DNA of 64,000 bases, taken from Acidobacteriota bacterium. Lineage in GTDB: Bacteria; Acidobacteriota; UBA6911; RPQK01; JAJDTT01. The stretch covers positions 864,001 to 928,000 of the forward strand of contig OZ242374.1 in assembly GCA_965209055.1 (NCBI GenBank), read 5' to 3'. This document shows positions 27,485-37,813 of the stretch, piece after piece. Position 1 is the first letter of the stretch, and each line of letters begins with the position of its first letter. A program made the position numbers and the translations under genes. Below the pieces are notes generated by a model. The model worked only from the letters and a program-made list of their open reading frames with translations. It did no database searches and was not told where the DNA came from.

Positions 27485-29155
27485 ATGAGACTCGTGAACG
27501 GAAAGGTGGCGGCCTGGGGACCGTTGGCTCTGCTCCTTCTCGGAAGCTGCGGAGGCGCCGGGCCCGAGCGGAACTCGATCGATTCAGAGGAATCGGAGGT
27601 GCCGTCCCCGAAGATGGCTCGCCTCTACCTCAACAGCGACGGGGGAAGCGGAGCCCTGTACGCGAACGGCCCTCCCATCACGCCCGATCAGGTCTGCCGC
27701 GTGGTCAACGAACTGGAAGGGACCCAGGTGGACGTCTTCATCCAGTGCGCATCGTATGGGACATACGTGCTCTATGACACTCAGGTCGGTGAAGTGTACG
27801 GCCGCGGAATGACCGAGTTCGAGAATCCCAACTTCGGGCGTTTGGCCCAAAACGTCTTGGGCCTCCTGGAACAGGGGACAGACCCCCTGGAGATCTGGGC
27901 GGCCCGGACCCACGAGCTGGGCATGAAATTCTGGGCCAGCCTCAGGATGAATGACATCCACAAGGACTGGGTCGACCGCTGGCCCTCGAAGCGGGGGCGG
28001 TGGGAGCGGGAGCGGCCACACGTGGCCATCGGCAAGGACGTCCCGGACCGTTACGTGAGCCTTTACGGACGGGATTTCAGCTACGCCTTCGACTACGCCC
28101 GGCAGGAGGTCAGGGACCTGAAATTCGGACTGGTGGAGGAGATCTGCCGCGACTACGACGTGGACGGCATCGAACTCGACTTCCTGAGCCACCCCATGGT
28201 CTTCAAGAAGGGGCAGGAGGAAGCGGGCATGCCCATCATGACCGGCTTCGTGCGGCGGATTCGCGACCGGCTGGAAGAGATCGGGCGCCGGAAGGGGCGC
28301 CGGATCACCCTCATGGTCCGGGTTCTGCCGACCGTGGGCCTGAACCGGGAGATCGGTTTCGACGTCGTGACCTGGATTCGGGAGGGACTGGTGGACGTGA
28401 TCGCTCCTGCCACTCGAGGTTACCTAGATATGAACCCGGATCTGGCCAGCTTCGTGGAGGCGGCCCGAGGGACGCAGGTTCAGGTGTTGGGCGGGATCTC
28501 GGACCTCTACGTCAGAGACTACACCGGCTCCAAGACGGGACGGGCCAGTCCGGAGATGATGCGCGCGGCGGCCCAGAGTTTTTGGGGGCAGGGCGTGAGC
28601 GGGCTGCACCTGTTCAACTTCGACTGCCACGCCAGCGGCATCCAGGGGCACAGTGCCGTCAATTCCTTGATCGATACCTCCCGGCAACCGCTCCTGAGTC
28701 CTGAAGAGCGGCAGATGCTGATGGAGATCGGCGATCCGGAGCTCATCTCGCGGAAGGACAAGCACTACTTCATCACCAGGGACATGGCGGGCCGGACGCC
28801 GGAGGAAGGGGGAGAGATGCCGCTTCCTGTCGATCTTGACGAGGGGCAGGAGACGAATCTTCGCCTTTTCGTGGGCGACGACGTGGAAGCCGCGAGTCAG
28901 GATGAGGTCCTGGAATCGCTGCGTCTGGTGGTGAGTTTGAACGCATACAGCCGGTGGGACGACGATTTGCGGTTGGTGCTGAATGGGCGGAGGTTGCGGG
29001 GAGAGATGGGAAACGGGCGGTTGCGCTTCGAGAATGCTCCTGTACGGCAAGGGCTCAATGAGCTGACGATTCGGCTGCGGCGACGGGGCGGGCGGGGCCC
29101 GCTCCAACCGGTGCGGGTTCAGGGGGTCGAGGTGTTCATTGACTACCGGATGTAG
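27485..29155 (+). CDS. Glycoside hydrolase-like TIM-barrel lipoprotein (GHL10-like), tandem paralog
   Basis: LGSC lipobox; LNSDGG, SLRMNDIHKDW, YDVDGIELDF, shared end VQGVExFIDYR. Confidence 0.72.
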   Translation: MRLVNGKVAAWGPLALLLLGSCGGAGPERNSIDSEESEVPSPKMARLYLNSDGGSGALYANGPPITPDQVCRVVNELEGTQVDVFIQCASYGTYVLYDTQVGEVYGRGMTEFENPNFGRLAQNVLGLLEQGTDPLEIWAARTHELGMKFWASLRMNDIHKDWVDRWPSKRGRWERERPHVAIGKDVPDRYVSLYGRDFSYAFDYARQEVRDLKFGLVEEICRDYDVDGIELDFLSHPMVFKKGQEEAGMPIMTGFVRRIRDRLEEIGRRKGRRITLMVRVLPTVGLNREIGFDVVTWIREGLVDVIAPATRGYLDMNPDLASFVEAARGTQVQVLGGISDLYVRDYTGSKTGRASPEMMRAAAQSFWGQGVSGLHLFNFDCHASGIQGHSAVNSLIDTSRQPLLSPEERQMLMEIGDPELISRKDKHYFITRDMAGRTPEEGGEMPLPVDLDEGQETNLRLFVGDDVEAASQDEVLESLRLVVSLNAYSRWDDDLRLVLNGRRLRGEMGNGRLRFENAPVRQGLNELTIRLRRRGGRGPLQPVRVQGVEVFIDYRM

Positions 29156-29195
29156 GGGCACCCGTGGGGGGTGAGATCTGAATGCGGGAAATGAA

Positions 29196-29219
29196 AAGGG
29201 GGGACTGTCGTCCCCCCTT
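29196..29219. terminator. Hairpin between convergent genes, probable terminator
   Basis: AAGGGGGGAC-TGTC-GTCCCCCCTT, followed by a short T run on the minus strand. Confidence 0.55.
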
Positions 29220-29232
29220 GAACACCTCTGTT

Positions 29233-29333
29233 TGGCGACAGGATAACCGCCGCTCCCGGCGGCAGGAAAGCCGCCGGTCCTGGTCGGCGGCAAGAAAGCC
29301 GCCGCTCCCGGCGACAGGAATGTCGCCGCTCCC
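29233..29333. repeat. Tandem array of 4 REP-like palindromes
   Basis: Units at 29233, 29257, 29285, 29309, e.g. CGGCGAC-AGGAAT-GTCGCCG-CTCCC. Confidence 0.85.
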
Positions 29334-32236
29334 TAGAAGTTGTTGCCCCAGGTGTAGCCGACCCGGACATAGTAGTAGCCGCCGTTGAAGCCGAACGGCC
29401 CGAACTGTCCGTAGCGGTTGCCCACTCCGGCCAGGGCGCCCGGATTCTCGTCCGGGTAGGTATTGAAGACGTTCTGCGCTCCGACCGACAGCGTGACGTT
29501 TTTGATCGGGATGCCGAGCTCGACGTCGACCAGCGGTTTGCCGGCGTACAGCGGATACAGGTGCGAATTTGCCACGCCCATCGCCGAGCGCGCGTCCTCC
29601 CGATCCCAGTACGAACCGTAATAGTGCATCCGGGCCATCAGGGTCCAATGGCTTGTGGTGTGGGTGGCCCCGAAGTTCCAGCGAATCCTCGGCAGCCCCA
29701 GGGTCAGCGACGTGACCCGGTCCGTGTCGAAGTGCTCCTCGCTGAACTCGGTCACTTGCGTGTCCGTGTAGTTGAAAACGCCGGTGAACGTGGTCCGCCC
29801 GCCGATGGCCAGCGGCGTCCAGGACGCGACGAGATCGACCCCCTGCGTGAGGGTCGAGAAGTCGTTCACGAAGAAGCGGAACGCGGCAAGGTTGCCGGCT
29901 TCGGTAATCCCGTCGGCCAGCAGCGTCTCGACCTCGTTTTCCGAAAGGTTGTAGTTCCTCGTGATGGTGAGCCGGTCCGACACGTCGACGCGGAAAAAGT
30001 CGGCGGTGAAGGTGAACGGCCCACCGGTGTCGACAACCGCCCCGAGCGAGTAGTTGATCGACTGTTCCGGCTGCAGTGCCACCCCGCCCCGAAGCGCCGC
30101 GACCGGCGACGTGGACGGGATGGTGCCGTTGTTGATCAGGTCGTTCAGCGCGTAGTCGAACTCGGTCGTTACGTTCAGCACGTTCTGCTGACCCGGCGTC
30201 GGGGCGCGGAAGCCGCTGCTGACCGCGGCACGCAACGCGAAGATGTCGGTGAAGCCGTAGCGCGCCGACAGCTTGCCGTTTATGGTCGTGCCGAAGCTGT
30301 CGTAGAAGTCCTCGACGCGTACCGCGCCACCGACGTTCCAGTCGTTGGCGCCGCCGTGCAGTTCGACATCGCCGTAAAACGCGTAATTGGCGCGGTCCCA
30401 GGTGCCGGCGTTCTCGGGCCGCGTGCCGTTGTAGCCGTTGGAGGCGGAGCTGAAGCCCTGAGACCCGTAAGGGCCGATGGCCCAGGACGCCGGATCACCT
30501 TCGCCGAGGTGGTACTGCTCGTTCCGCCACTCGAAGCCCCCGGCGACGTTGACCATGTCGCTCGCGGCGTACGACAGGTCCGTGTTGAAGCTGTTTTCGG
30601 TCTGCTGCAGCAGGTTCGGCTCGAACCGGGTCGGGCTGTCGGGGCCGAGAGAGGCGTTGACCGTGTCAAAGATGAAGGTCTGCACGTGGTTCCGGCCGGT
30701 GGAACCGCTGACGTCCCAGTGCAGTCCGTTCGCCAGGGTCCCGCGCAAGCCGGAGACAAATGAGTAATCGTAGACGTCGCCGCCGAACTGGGGCGTGAAG
30801 CCGCCCGGCAGACCGTTCGGTGCGCCAAGGAACGGCTGGTGGAATGTGAAGCAGTTCGGATCGTTGCGGACCGCCGCGAAGGCGGCCGGATCCGGCGTGC
30901 CGTCGACGACTCTGACCGTCGGGCAATTGGACACGCCCACGCCCAGGCCCTTCGCCTCCTGCACGTCGCCGACCAGCAACGTCTCGCCGCCGTCGATCGA
31001 ATAAACGTTGCCGCGGTTGTTGGGATTCCGGTAGTAGAACCCGCCGGTCACCAGTTTACTGGCGTAGTTCGTATGGCCGTAGAACTCCACCTGGTCCCCG
31101 CCGGTGCCGAAGTTGGCGAACAGCTTCAGGTCGTCCTCGACCAGCGGCACGCCCCAGACACGCGACGTGGTGCGCACGTTGGTGTTGCCGCCGTTGATCA
31201 CCGCCGCCGTACCGCTGTCATTGATGGCCCGATTGGTGGGGTTCGTGCCGCCGTACTCGACACTGACGTTCAGGAACCCTTCGGGGCCGAGCGGCAGACC
31301 CACGTTACCGGCGAAAGCGAAGTTCCTGCCGCGACCGCCGATGCCGTTGCACGAGCGGCCGATGGCACCGCACGAGCCCGAGTCCCCGTCGTTCTCGTCG
31401 AAGTACTGGCCGGTGCGGAATTCCATGCTGCCCCCGGAGCGGGCGTTCTTCAACTCGAAGTTGATGACGCCGGCAATGGCGTCGGAACCGTATTGCGCGG
31501 CCGCGCCGTCGCGCAGCACCTCGACCTGCCGCAGAGCGATGGCGGGTATGGTGGACAGATCCGGCCCCTGCGCTCCGTCGGCGATACCATTGCCCAGCCA
31601 GGCGATGACGGCCGCGCGGTGGCGGCGCTTGCCGTTGACGAGGATCAGCGTGTGGTCCGGGGCCATGTTGCGCAGGTTGGCCGGCCGCACGATGGTGGCC
31701 GCGTCGCTGATGGGCTGGGTGTTGACGTTGAAGGAGGGTGTCAGCGTGCGCATCAGGTCGGTGACGTCAGTCGCCCCCTGATTGGTGAAATCCGTGCCGC
31801 CGATCACGTCGACGGGAACCATCGACTCGGTGCTGGACCGCGCTTCGGCACGAGTCCCGACCACGATCAGTTCGGTCTCCAGCAGGACCTCCAGTGTGAA
31901 AGAGACTCTGCCCTCGGACTTGTCCACCAGGTCTTCCAGCACCTGGAAGTTGGGTGCGACTATTACGACCGCATGGGGAGCCGGGCCCAGATCGCAGAAT
32001 TCCACAGTACCGGATTCGTCGGTGGTCTGTTCCTGATCTCCGATCAGGACTGACGCGCCCGCTATGGCGGCGGCTGACTGATCCAGGACCCTGACCTCAA
32101 GACATTGGCCGGCGGCGGAACCCGTAGCCATTGCCGTTGCCAGAATCGGTATCGAAAGTACGCCGGCTGCGCGTAAGCACAGCCATTCAGGAAACCACCA
32201 CATTCGCGGAAACGATGACGTCATGATGCGCCTCAT
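29333..32236 (-). CDS. TonB-dependent receptor, paralog of 20712..23492
   Basis: ELIVVGTR TonB box, plug VEVLRDGAAAQYGSDAIAGVINF, terminal Phe; start placed downstream of the TATAAT at 32285-32280 (exact start uncertain). Confidence 0.93.
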   Translation of the reverse strand: MRRIMTSSFPRMWWFPEWLCLRAAGVLSIPILATAMATGSAAGQCLEVRVLDQSAAAIAGASVLIGDQEQTTDESGTVEFCDLGPAPHAVVIVAPNFQVLEDLVDKSEGRVSFTLEVLLETELIVVGTRAEARSSTESMVPVDVIGGTDFTNQGATDVTDLMRTLTPSFNVNTQPISDAATIVRPANLRNMAPDHTLILVNGKRRHRAAVIAWLGNGIADGAQGPDLSTIPAIALRQVEVLRDGAAAQYGSDAIAGVINFELKNARSGGSMEFRTGQYFDENDGDSGSCGAIGRSCNGIGGRGRNFAFAGNVGLPLGPEGFLNVSVEYGGTNPTNRAINDSGTAAVINGGNTNVRTTSRVWGVPLVEDDLKLFANFGTGGDQVEFYGHTNYASKLVTGGFYYRNPNNRGNVYSIDGGETLLVGDVQEAKGLGVGVSNCPTVRVVDGTPDPAAFAAVRNDPNCFTFHQPFLGAPNGLPGGFTPQFGGDVYDYSFVSGLRGTLANGLHWDVSGSTGRNHVQTFIFDTVNASLGPDSPTRFEPNLLQQTENSFNTDLSYAASDMVNVAGGFEWRNEQYHLGEGDPASWAIGPYGSQGFSSASNGYNGTRPENAGTWDRANYAFYGDVELHGGANDWNVGGAVRVEDFYDSFGTTINGKLSARYGFTDIFALRAAVSSGFRAPTPGQQNVLNVTTEFDYALNDLINNGTIPSTSPVAALRGGVALQPEQSINYSLGAVVDTGGPFTFTADFFRVDVSDRLTITRNYNLSENEVETLLADGITEAGNLAAFRFFVNDFSTLTQGVDLVASWTPLAIGGRTTFTGVFNYTDTQVTEFSEEHFDTDRVTSLTLGLPRIRWNFGATHTTSHWTLMARMHYYGSYWDREDARSAMGVANSHLYPLYAGKPLVDVELGIPIKNVTLSVGAQNVFNTYPDENPGALAGVGNRYGQFGPFGFNGGYYYVRVGYTWGNNF

Positions 32237-32284
32237 AGTTGGTACTGTCCAGTACGTGTGCGTGTGCAAGTTGGTCAACATTAT

Positions 32285-32316
32285 ATACGATGCCTCCGAC
32301 ATACGATGCCTCCGAC
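32285..32316. repeat. Perfect 16-bp tandem duplication
   Basis: ATACGATGCCTCCGAC twice. Confidence 0.85.
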
Positions 32317-32493
32317 GCAATCCCATGAGGTGGGGATGGTTCGATGCGCTCAGCCCAGTCATGAGAAAATCACGCCAGCGCCACAATTATCTCATATTGC
32401 GTCCGGGTTTGAAACCGGCGCCTGCAAACGGCCTGGGTCGCATTTGAAACGGGATCGAAGTTCCTGCCCGGACCGCGGGGCCCTGGCGCTTTG

Positions 32494-33789
32494 TCAGCCG
32501 GCATGAATGACCTGTGTTTTCGGATCGAACACCATGCGCTTTCCGCTCCAGTAGGCGTCGGTCGCCATGATGCACGCGATGGAGTGACCGTAACCGGCCT
32601 CGACGGGACAATACAGCCCCTTGGAGTCGCGGCTGCGGACGGCGTCCAGCCAGTTGTTCATGTGAGCCATTCCCATTTCGTCCATGTCCACGGACTCTCT
32701 GGGAACCACGATGCGATCCTGGATCTTGCCGTCGGAGTTCACACCCTGGCCGGAGAACAGCCAATCGGAGTCGGGGTTGGAGAAGGACTCCCCCTCGAAG
32801 CTCCCCAGGGTGCCGTGGACCCGGGTGCCGTTGCCGTAACCGTTGATCCAGTTGGTGGAGTAGACGGCGAGGAACTTGCCGTCCCCCTTCCGGTACTCCA
32901 GGGTGACCTCCTGGGTGTCGGGATTCTCCCGGTAGTCCTTCCATTTGTAGATCCCGCCGTGGGACACGGCGCTCACCGGATAGGAGACTCCGGTCAACAT
33001 GTGGGCCAGATCGATCCCGTGGCTCATCCACTGGTCGATGATTCCGCTGGAAAAGTCCTTGAACAGTCGGAAGCTGCGAAAGATGCGGGGATCGAAGGGC
33101 CGCTGCGGCCGTCCCATGAGCCAGGTGTTCCAGTCCAGGTCGCTCTCCCGGGCCATCAGGAGGTCCTTTTTCTTCCGGGCCCAGCGGTAGGGGCTGTAGA
33201 AGCTCCAGTGGAGATCCACCTTGACCACGTCGCCGATCAGTCCGTCGGCAATCATCCGGGTGGCCTTCCGGTACCGGGAATTGGCGCGCCTCTGGGTTCC
33301 GATCTGGACGATGACGCCCGCCTTGCGCACTGCGTCCAGGGCCTCGTTTGCCTCGGAGAGCACGTTGGACATGGGTTTCTCGCAGTAGGCGTCCATCCCG
33401 GCGTCGGCGGCCAGCTTGAGAATCTGGGCGTGCGCGTGGTCGGGAGTGGCGATGATGAGGGCATCGATCTCCTTGTCCGCCAGGATCTCCTCGTGGTGAC
33501 GGTAGATCTTGGGCGCCCGGCCCTCCTTCTCCTCCACCAGCGAAGCGGCCCGGTCGCGGCGGTAGTTCCAGAGATCGCAGACCGCCGTCATGCGGGCTCC
33601 GTATTGGTCTCCGCTCTTGAGGAACTGCTTCAGGAGACCGGTGCCGCGCCCGCCCGGACCGACGATCCCCACGTTGATGTTGTTGTTGACGTTGCGGGCG
33701 CTGAGGATTCCGGGAAACCCCGCCAACGCCAACCCTGCCCCCGCCGAACGGGACAGGAAGGAGCGCCGGTGAATGGACGATTAACTCAT
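32494..33789 (-). pseudogene. Tat-exported Gfo/Idh/MocA oxidoreductase with TAA at codon 3
   Basis: GGAGG RBS, then ATG AGT TAA TCG TCC ATT CAC CGG CGC TCC TTC CTG (MS*SSIHRRSFL); GPGGRG, IATPDHAH, YCEKP, QIGTQRR intact. Confidence 0.75.
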
Positions 33790-33893
33790 GAAGCGATTTC
33801 CTCCCTGGAATCAGATTGGATCGATCAACGAAACTTGCCCTATGCTAACAATACCCTCCAGCGGAATACAACCACCTCGATTGAATCTTCACA

Positions 33894-36800
33894 CTAGAAA
33901 GTGATTTTCATCCCGACCTGCATCACGCGGGGAGAAAAGGCGGAGCTGATCTGGCCGAACAGCGGGCTGTTGGGATTGTGCATGTTGGTGACGCCGAGGC
34001 CGGTGATGCCGATGCCCTTGTTGGTGACGGCGAAATTGGTGCGATTGAGACTGTTGAAGAAGTCGAACCGGAGCTGGAGCCGCGATTCCTCCGTCACCGG
34101 GATCGGGAAGCTCTTGCGCACCCCGAGATCCAATGACGCGTACCAGGGCCCACTGACGGGCGAAAGGCCCAGCGACCCCGCTTCCAACATGGCGGGATTC
34201 GCAAAATACCGGGATTCCATTCCCCCGCCGTCTGCAATCAGGCGGTGGTCGAACAGGATCACGCGGCCCTGCGAGTCGCGGAAGGACCCGGTCTTGTTCT
34301 GGAGCTCGCGGTTATCCATTCCCAGGAGATGAACCGTATTGGTCAACGCTCGGGAGCCGCCGCGGTTGATGGTTCCTCTTCCGGAGATGAGGTTGACGAC
34401 CTCGCCGGAACGGATCCTCAAGAATCCGCTGAGGTCCCATCCGCCGGCAATATAGTCCATGAATCCGCCGCCGCTCATCCACCTGCGCCCTTTGCCGAAG
34501 GGAATCTCCCAGACCCAGTTGGCGTTGTAGGTGTGGGTGATGTCGAAGTCGGGGCGCATGATCTCCAGGTGCTGCTGGGCGTTGTCGAAGTAACCGCGGA
34601 AATTGGACTGGGAGCCGGCGAAATTCGTCAGCACCTTGCCCCAGGTGTAGTTGAACTGGCCCGAGAATCCGCCGCGGAATTGCCGCCGGATCTCGAACTG
34701 GAGCCCATTGTACTTGGAGAACGCATTGTTGCCGACCACGTCGGCGACGAAGGCGTTGGGATTGCGCAGGAAGAAGCTGATGGGCAGGGTTGCTCCGAAC
34801 CTCTCTCCCCCTTCGCCGTTGAAGAAGAACACCCGGTTCGGCGCCAGGAACCCGCCGATGTACTGCCCGATCTCACCGTTCCGAATCCAGTTCTGGACGC
34901 CGCCGGACTGAAGGAATCCAGCAAAGCCGAGTTGGGGAAAGATCTGCAACGGTTCGCCGGCGTAGGGACTTCCATAGGCGGCCAGATTCCTCTGAGCGCG
35001 CCTGAAGTCCGCCACGAATTCCGGCGGCAGCAGGACCTGATTCAGGTCGATGGCGCGGGTCAGCTTGATGCCGTGGTTCCCCACGTAGCGCAACTCCACG
35101 GCAGTGTTCTGCAGGAACTCGTGCTGGAGGCCGATGTTCCATTGCTGGACATACGGGGTTCTCATGTTCTCGTCGATAGTGAAAAGGGCCGTCGTGGGAT
35201 CGGCCAGGACCTGGTCGCGCGCGGTTCTGGGGACCTTGAACTCGGGTACCGGAATCGGCACCAGGCCGCCGCTGCTGACGGTGCCGCTGATCCCGGTGAC
35301 GGTCTGCGTCAGGCTCAAACCATCGTTGCCCCGCATCGCGTTGAGCACCGTGGTGATGTTGTTGTCGACCACGTAGTTCAAGCCGTATCCGGCACGGAGG
35401 ACCGTATTGTCCGAGATTCGCCACGCGAACCCGATGCTGGGAGCATAATTGTTCATGTCGTTCTTGAAGAACGGCCTTCCATTGGACGCGCCTGCGAAAT
35501 CGATGACGGCATTGGGATCGAGCACGGACTCGGGGCCTCCCACCGGCAGCAGGGCCAATCCCCGGGTCTCGTCCGGGACCGAGTGAAATTCCCATCGAAA
35601 CCCGAAGTTCAAGGTGAATTCGGGGGTGACTCGCCAGGTATCCGCGAGATAGATGTTGACGAAATTCTGATTCAGGATGCTGGTTTCAGATGCCCCGTCG
35701 ACGTACCCGGAACCGACCGACGCGGCGTTGAACGTCTGATCCGCCTCGTCGACGACTCCGGCCAGCGTCGCCAGGATCCCGGAGGCCGCGCCCAGATCAC
35801 TGGAAGAGATCCCGCCGGGGAAAAGGCCGGGAACCAGCGGGTCCGGATTTCCCGGGCCGAAACCGAGATAGTAGGTCGGCACGATTCCGTCATCGTTGAA
35901 ATTGTCGACCTGGGTCCAGCGAACGCCTCCCCCGAACTTGATGGTGTGATTTCCGGTGACCCAGGTCAGGTTGTCCATGGCGTCCAGGTTGCGGGTGTCG
36001 CGGCCCTGGGCCATAAAGTCCTGTACCGGATTCGAGAATCCGCCGGCCAAACTGAGCCGGTACCCCGGCGCAAAGGTCTCGTTGGTGAAGAAACCGACAC
36101 TGGCGGCCTGGAAACCGAACCGCCCTTCATTGGTGACGGTCGGACTCAGCCCACTCCTGAGGGAGAAGGATCCCAGCCGGCGGTCGGAGCCCTGGCCTGC
36201 GCCCGGAAGACCCGGGAAGACGGAATCGATATTGTTGAACGCAGAGTTGGGAACATCAAGCGTGAACTGGTGAAACGTGCCGGTGAGGGAATGGCTGGCG
36301 TTGATCTCGTAGTCGGCCCGGAAGACGATCCATTCGCTGGTGGAGGCATCGGGGCTGTTGAACCGGAAGCCGGCGGTGTTTCTTCCGTCGCCCACCGTGG
36401 CGTCATTGGGCGGCGGGGTCAGGCTCACCAGGGACTGGATGGCCGGGTCCGGACTCAGTCCGGTGAGCTCGAACAGGTTCAGCGTGGCCAGCTCGCCGGT
36501 GTCCTGCCGGACGTAGGTGAAATTCCCGGCACGGGCCGTGTTCCTCAGGACGGTCCGGACGACGGAGACCGTCGCAGGGCTGGGCTCCCGCTCATAGTTG
36601 AAGAAGAAAAAGAGTTTGTCCTTCAGGATGGGGCCACCCAGGTTGAAGCCGTACTGATGATTCAGGAGCTTCTCCTTGGGGACGCCGGCCGCGTTGTTGA
36701 AGAAGTCGGTGGCGTTGAGGGCGTCGTTCTGATGGTAGTAGTACAACTCGCCATGGAAATCATTGGTGCCGGAACGGGTTACGAACTGTGTCTGAGAGGC

Positions 36801-37523
36801 TCCCATACCGGCGTCGACCTCCGAGTTGGCGGTGGTGATGTTGATCTCCTCGATGAAGCTCTCACGGACCGGAATGACTCCGAACAGAGCGTCCGTCCGG
36901 ATGAACGTGTCCTGGTTGTTGACCCCGTCCAGGGTGAAGTTGTTGAAGGTCCCCCGAGTGCCGTTGATGGAGGCCGTTCTGGCCCCGCCTACGCTGGTCA
37001 CCCCGGCCTGGGTGAGCGCCAACTGGGTGACGTTGCGGCCGTTCAGGGGAAGCTCCTTCACCTGCTCCCGATTGAGGTTGGTGTTGATTTCGGCGTTGAC
37101 CTGGTTGATGACGGCCTGGGTCAGCGCCGCGCTCACCGTGACCTGCTCGTCGACCCCGCCGACCTCCAGCACCACATCCACCGAGGCGGGAGTGTCCAAC
37201 TCGACCCGGACTCCTTCGACGACCGCCGTCTTGAAACCGGGCAGTTGGGCCGTGATCCCGTAGATGCCGCGGGGCACCTGCGGAAACACGTAGAGGCCGA
37301 TGTCACTCGTCACCGCGTCCATGGCGGCATTGGTGTCGACGTTGGTCAGCGTCACCGCAACCCCGGGAAGGACGGCGCCGCTCTGGTCCCGCACCGTCCC
37401 GTCGACCCGGGAGGTGAGAACCTGCCCCGCCGCCGGGAGGAACGCGGCCAGCAGGATCGGTATCAGCGCGATCCACCTGCTACCTAATTTGCGACTTGGT
37501 GAACTACATAATTCATGGGGCAT
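33894..37523 (-). CDS. Large Oar-type TonB-dependent receptor with carboxypeptidase-regulatory-like N-domain
   Basis: GTVRDQSGAVLPGVAVT, LPLNGRN, TRSGTNDFHG, NYAPSIGFAW, TPYVQQWN, PRVMQVGMKITF. Confidence 0.93.
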   Translation of the reverse strand: MPHELCSSPSRKLGSRWIALIPILLAAFLPAAGQVLTSRVDGTVRDQSGAVLPGVAVTLTNVDTNAAMDAVTSDIGLYVFPQVPRGIYGITAQLPGFKTAVVEGVRVELDTPASVDVVLEVGGVDEQVTVSAALTQAVINQVNAEINTNLNREQVKELPLNGRNVTQLALTQAGVTSVGGARTASINGTRGTFNNFTLDGVNNQDTFIRTDALFGVIPVRESFIEEINITTANSEVDAGMGASQTQFVTRSGTNDFHGELYYYHQNDALNATDFFNNAAGVPKEKLLNHQYGFNLGGPILKDKLFFFFNYEREPSPATVSVVRTVLRNTARAGNFTYVRQDTGELATLNLFELTGLSPDPAIQSLVSLTPPPNDATVGDGRNTAGFRFNSPDASTSEWIVFRADYEINASHSLTGTFHQFTLDVPNSAFNNIDSVFPGLPGAGQGSDRRLGSFSLRSGLSPTVTNEGRFGFQAASVGFFTNETFAPGYRLSLAGGFSNPVQDFMAQGRDTRNLDAMDNLTWVTGNHTIKFGGGVRWTQVDNFNDDGIVPTYYLGFGPGNPDPLVPGLFPGGISSSDLGAASGILATLAGVVDEADQTFNAASVGSGYVDGASETSILNQNFVNIYLADTWRVTPEFTLNFGFRWEFHSVPDETRGLALLPVGGPESVLDPNAVIDFAGASNGRPFFKNDMNNYAPSIGFAWRISDNTVLRAGYGLNYVVDNNITTVLNAMRGNDGLSLTQTVTGISGTVSSGGLVPIPVPEFKVPRTARDQVLADPTTALFTIDENMRTPYVQQWNIGLQHEFLQNTAVELRYVGNHGIKLTRAIDLNQVLLPPEFVADFRRAQRNLAAYGSPYAGEPLQIFPQLGFAGFLQSGGVQNWIRNGEIGQYIGGFLAPNRVFFFNGEGGERFGATLPISFFLRNPNAFVADVVGNNAFSKYNGLQFEIRRQFRGGFSGQFNYTWGKVLTNFAGSQSNFRGYFDNAQQHLEIMRPDFDITHTYNANWVWEIPFGKGRRWMSGGGFMDYIAGGWDLSGFLRIRSGEVVNLISGRGTINRGGSRALTNTVHLLGMDNRELQNKTGSFRDSQGRVILFDHRLIADGGGMESRYFANPAMLEAGSLGLSPVSGPWYASLDLGVRKSFPIPVTEESRLQLRFDFFNSLNRTNFAVTNKGIGITGLGVTNMHNPNSPLFGQISSAFSPRVMQVGMKITF

Positions 37524-37813
37524 AACACATCTCCCGTTTGAGGGGTTTCCCGAGGATCTTGTCGAGAAACTTTGCTCTGGCGAGCCGCATTCTGTCATTT
37601 TGCGGCCCAGTATAAATTCCATTTTTATTATATCTCACGATGTTGGTATGTGGAATGACTATGGGACGGCGGCCGTTCTTGCAACCGTCGGTGCCCCCCA
37701 ATAGACTCGGCGAGCGATTCGAATGCCGCCTCCAACGCCTTCGCGGCTCGCAGTCGAGCAGACCGGTTCAACCGGATCTTCCCCCGGATCAATGGATACA
37801 TAGGAATAAAACG

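Noticed and set aside
24059-33783. TAA reassignment suggested by two in-frame TAA codons
   Set aside because: TAA is a true stop at 3927-3929 (the paralog ends at the same residue with TGA) and at 39689-39691; the two sites probably need different amino acids
34245-37487. Long antisense or alternative-frame ORFs (1080 aa here; also 969..2261, 21147..23075, 12808..14673, 48270..50090)
   Set aside because: Shadow frames of high-GC genes; no motifs, and they fully overlap well-supported CDSs
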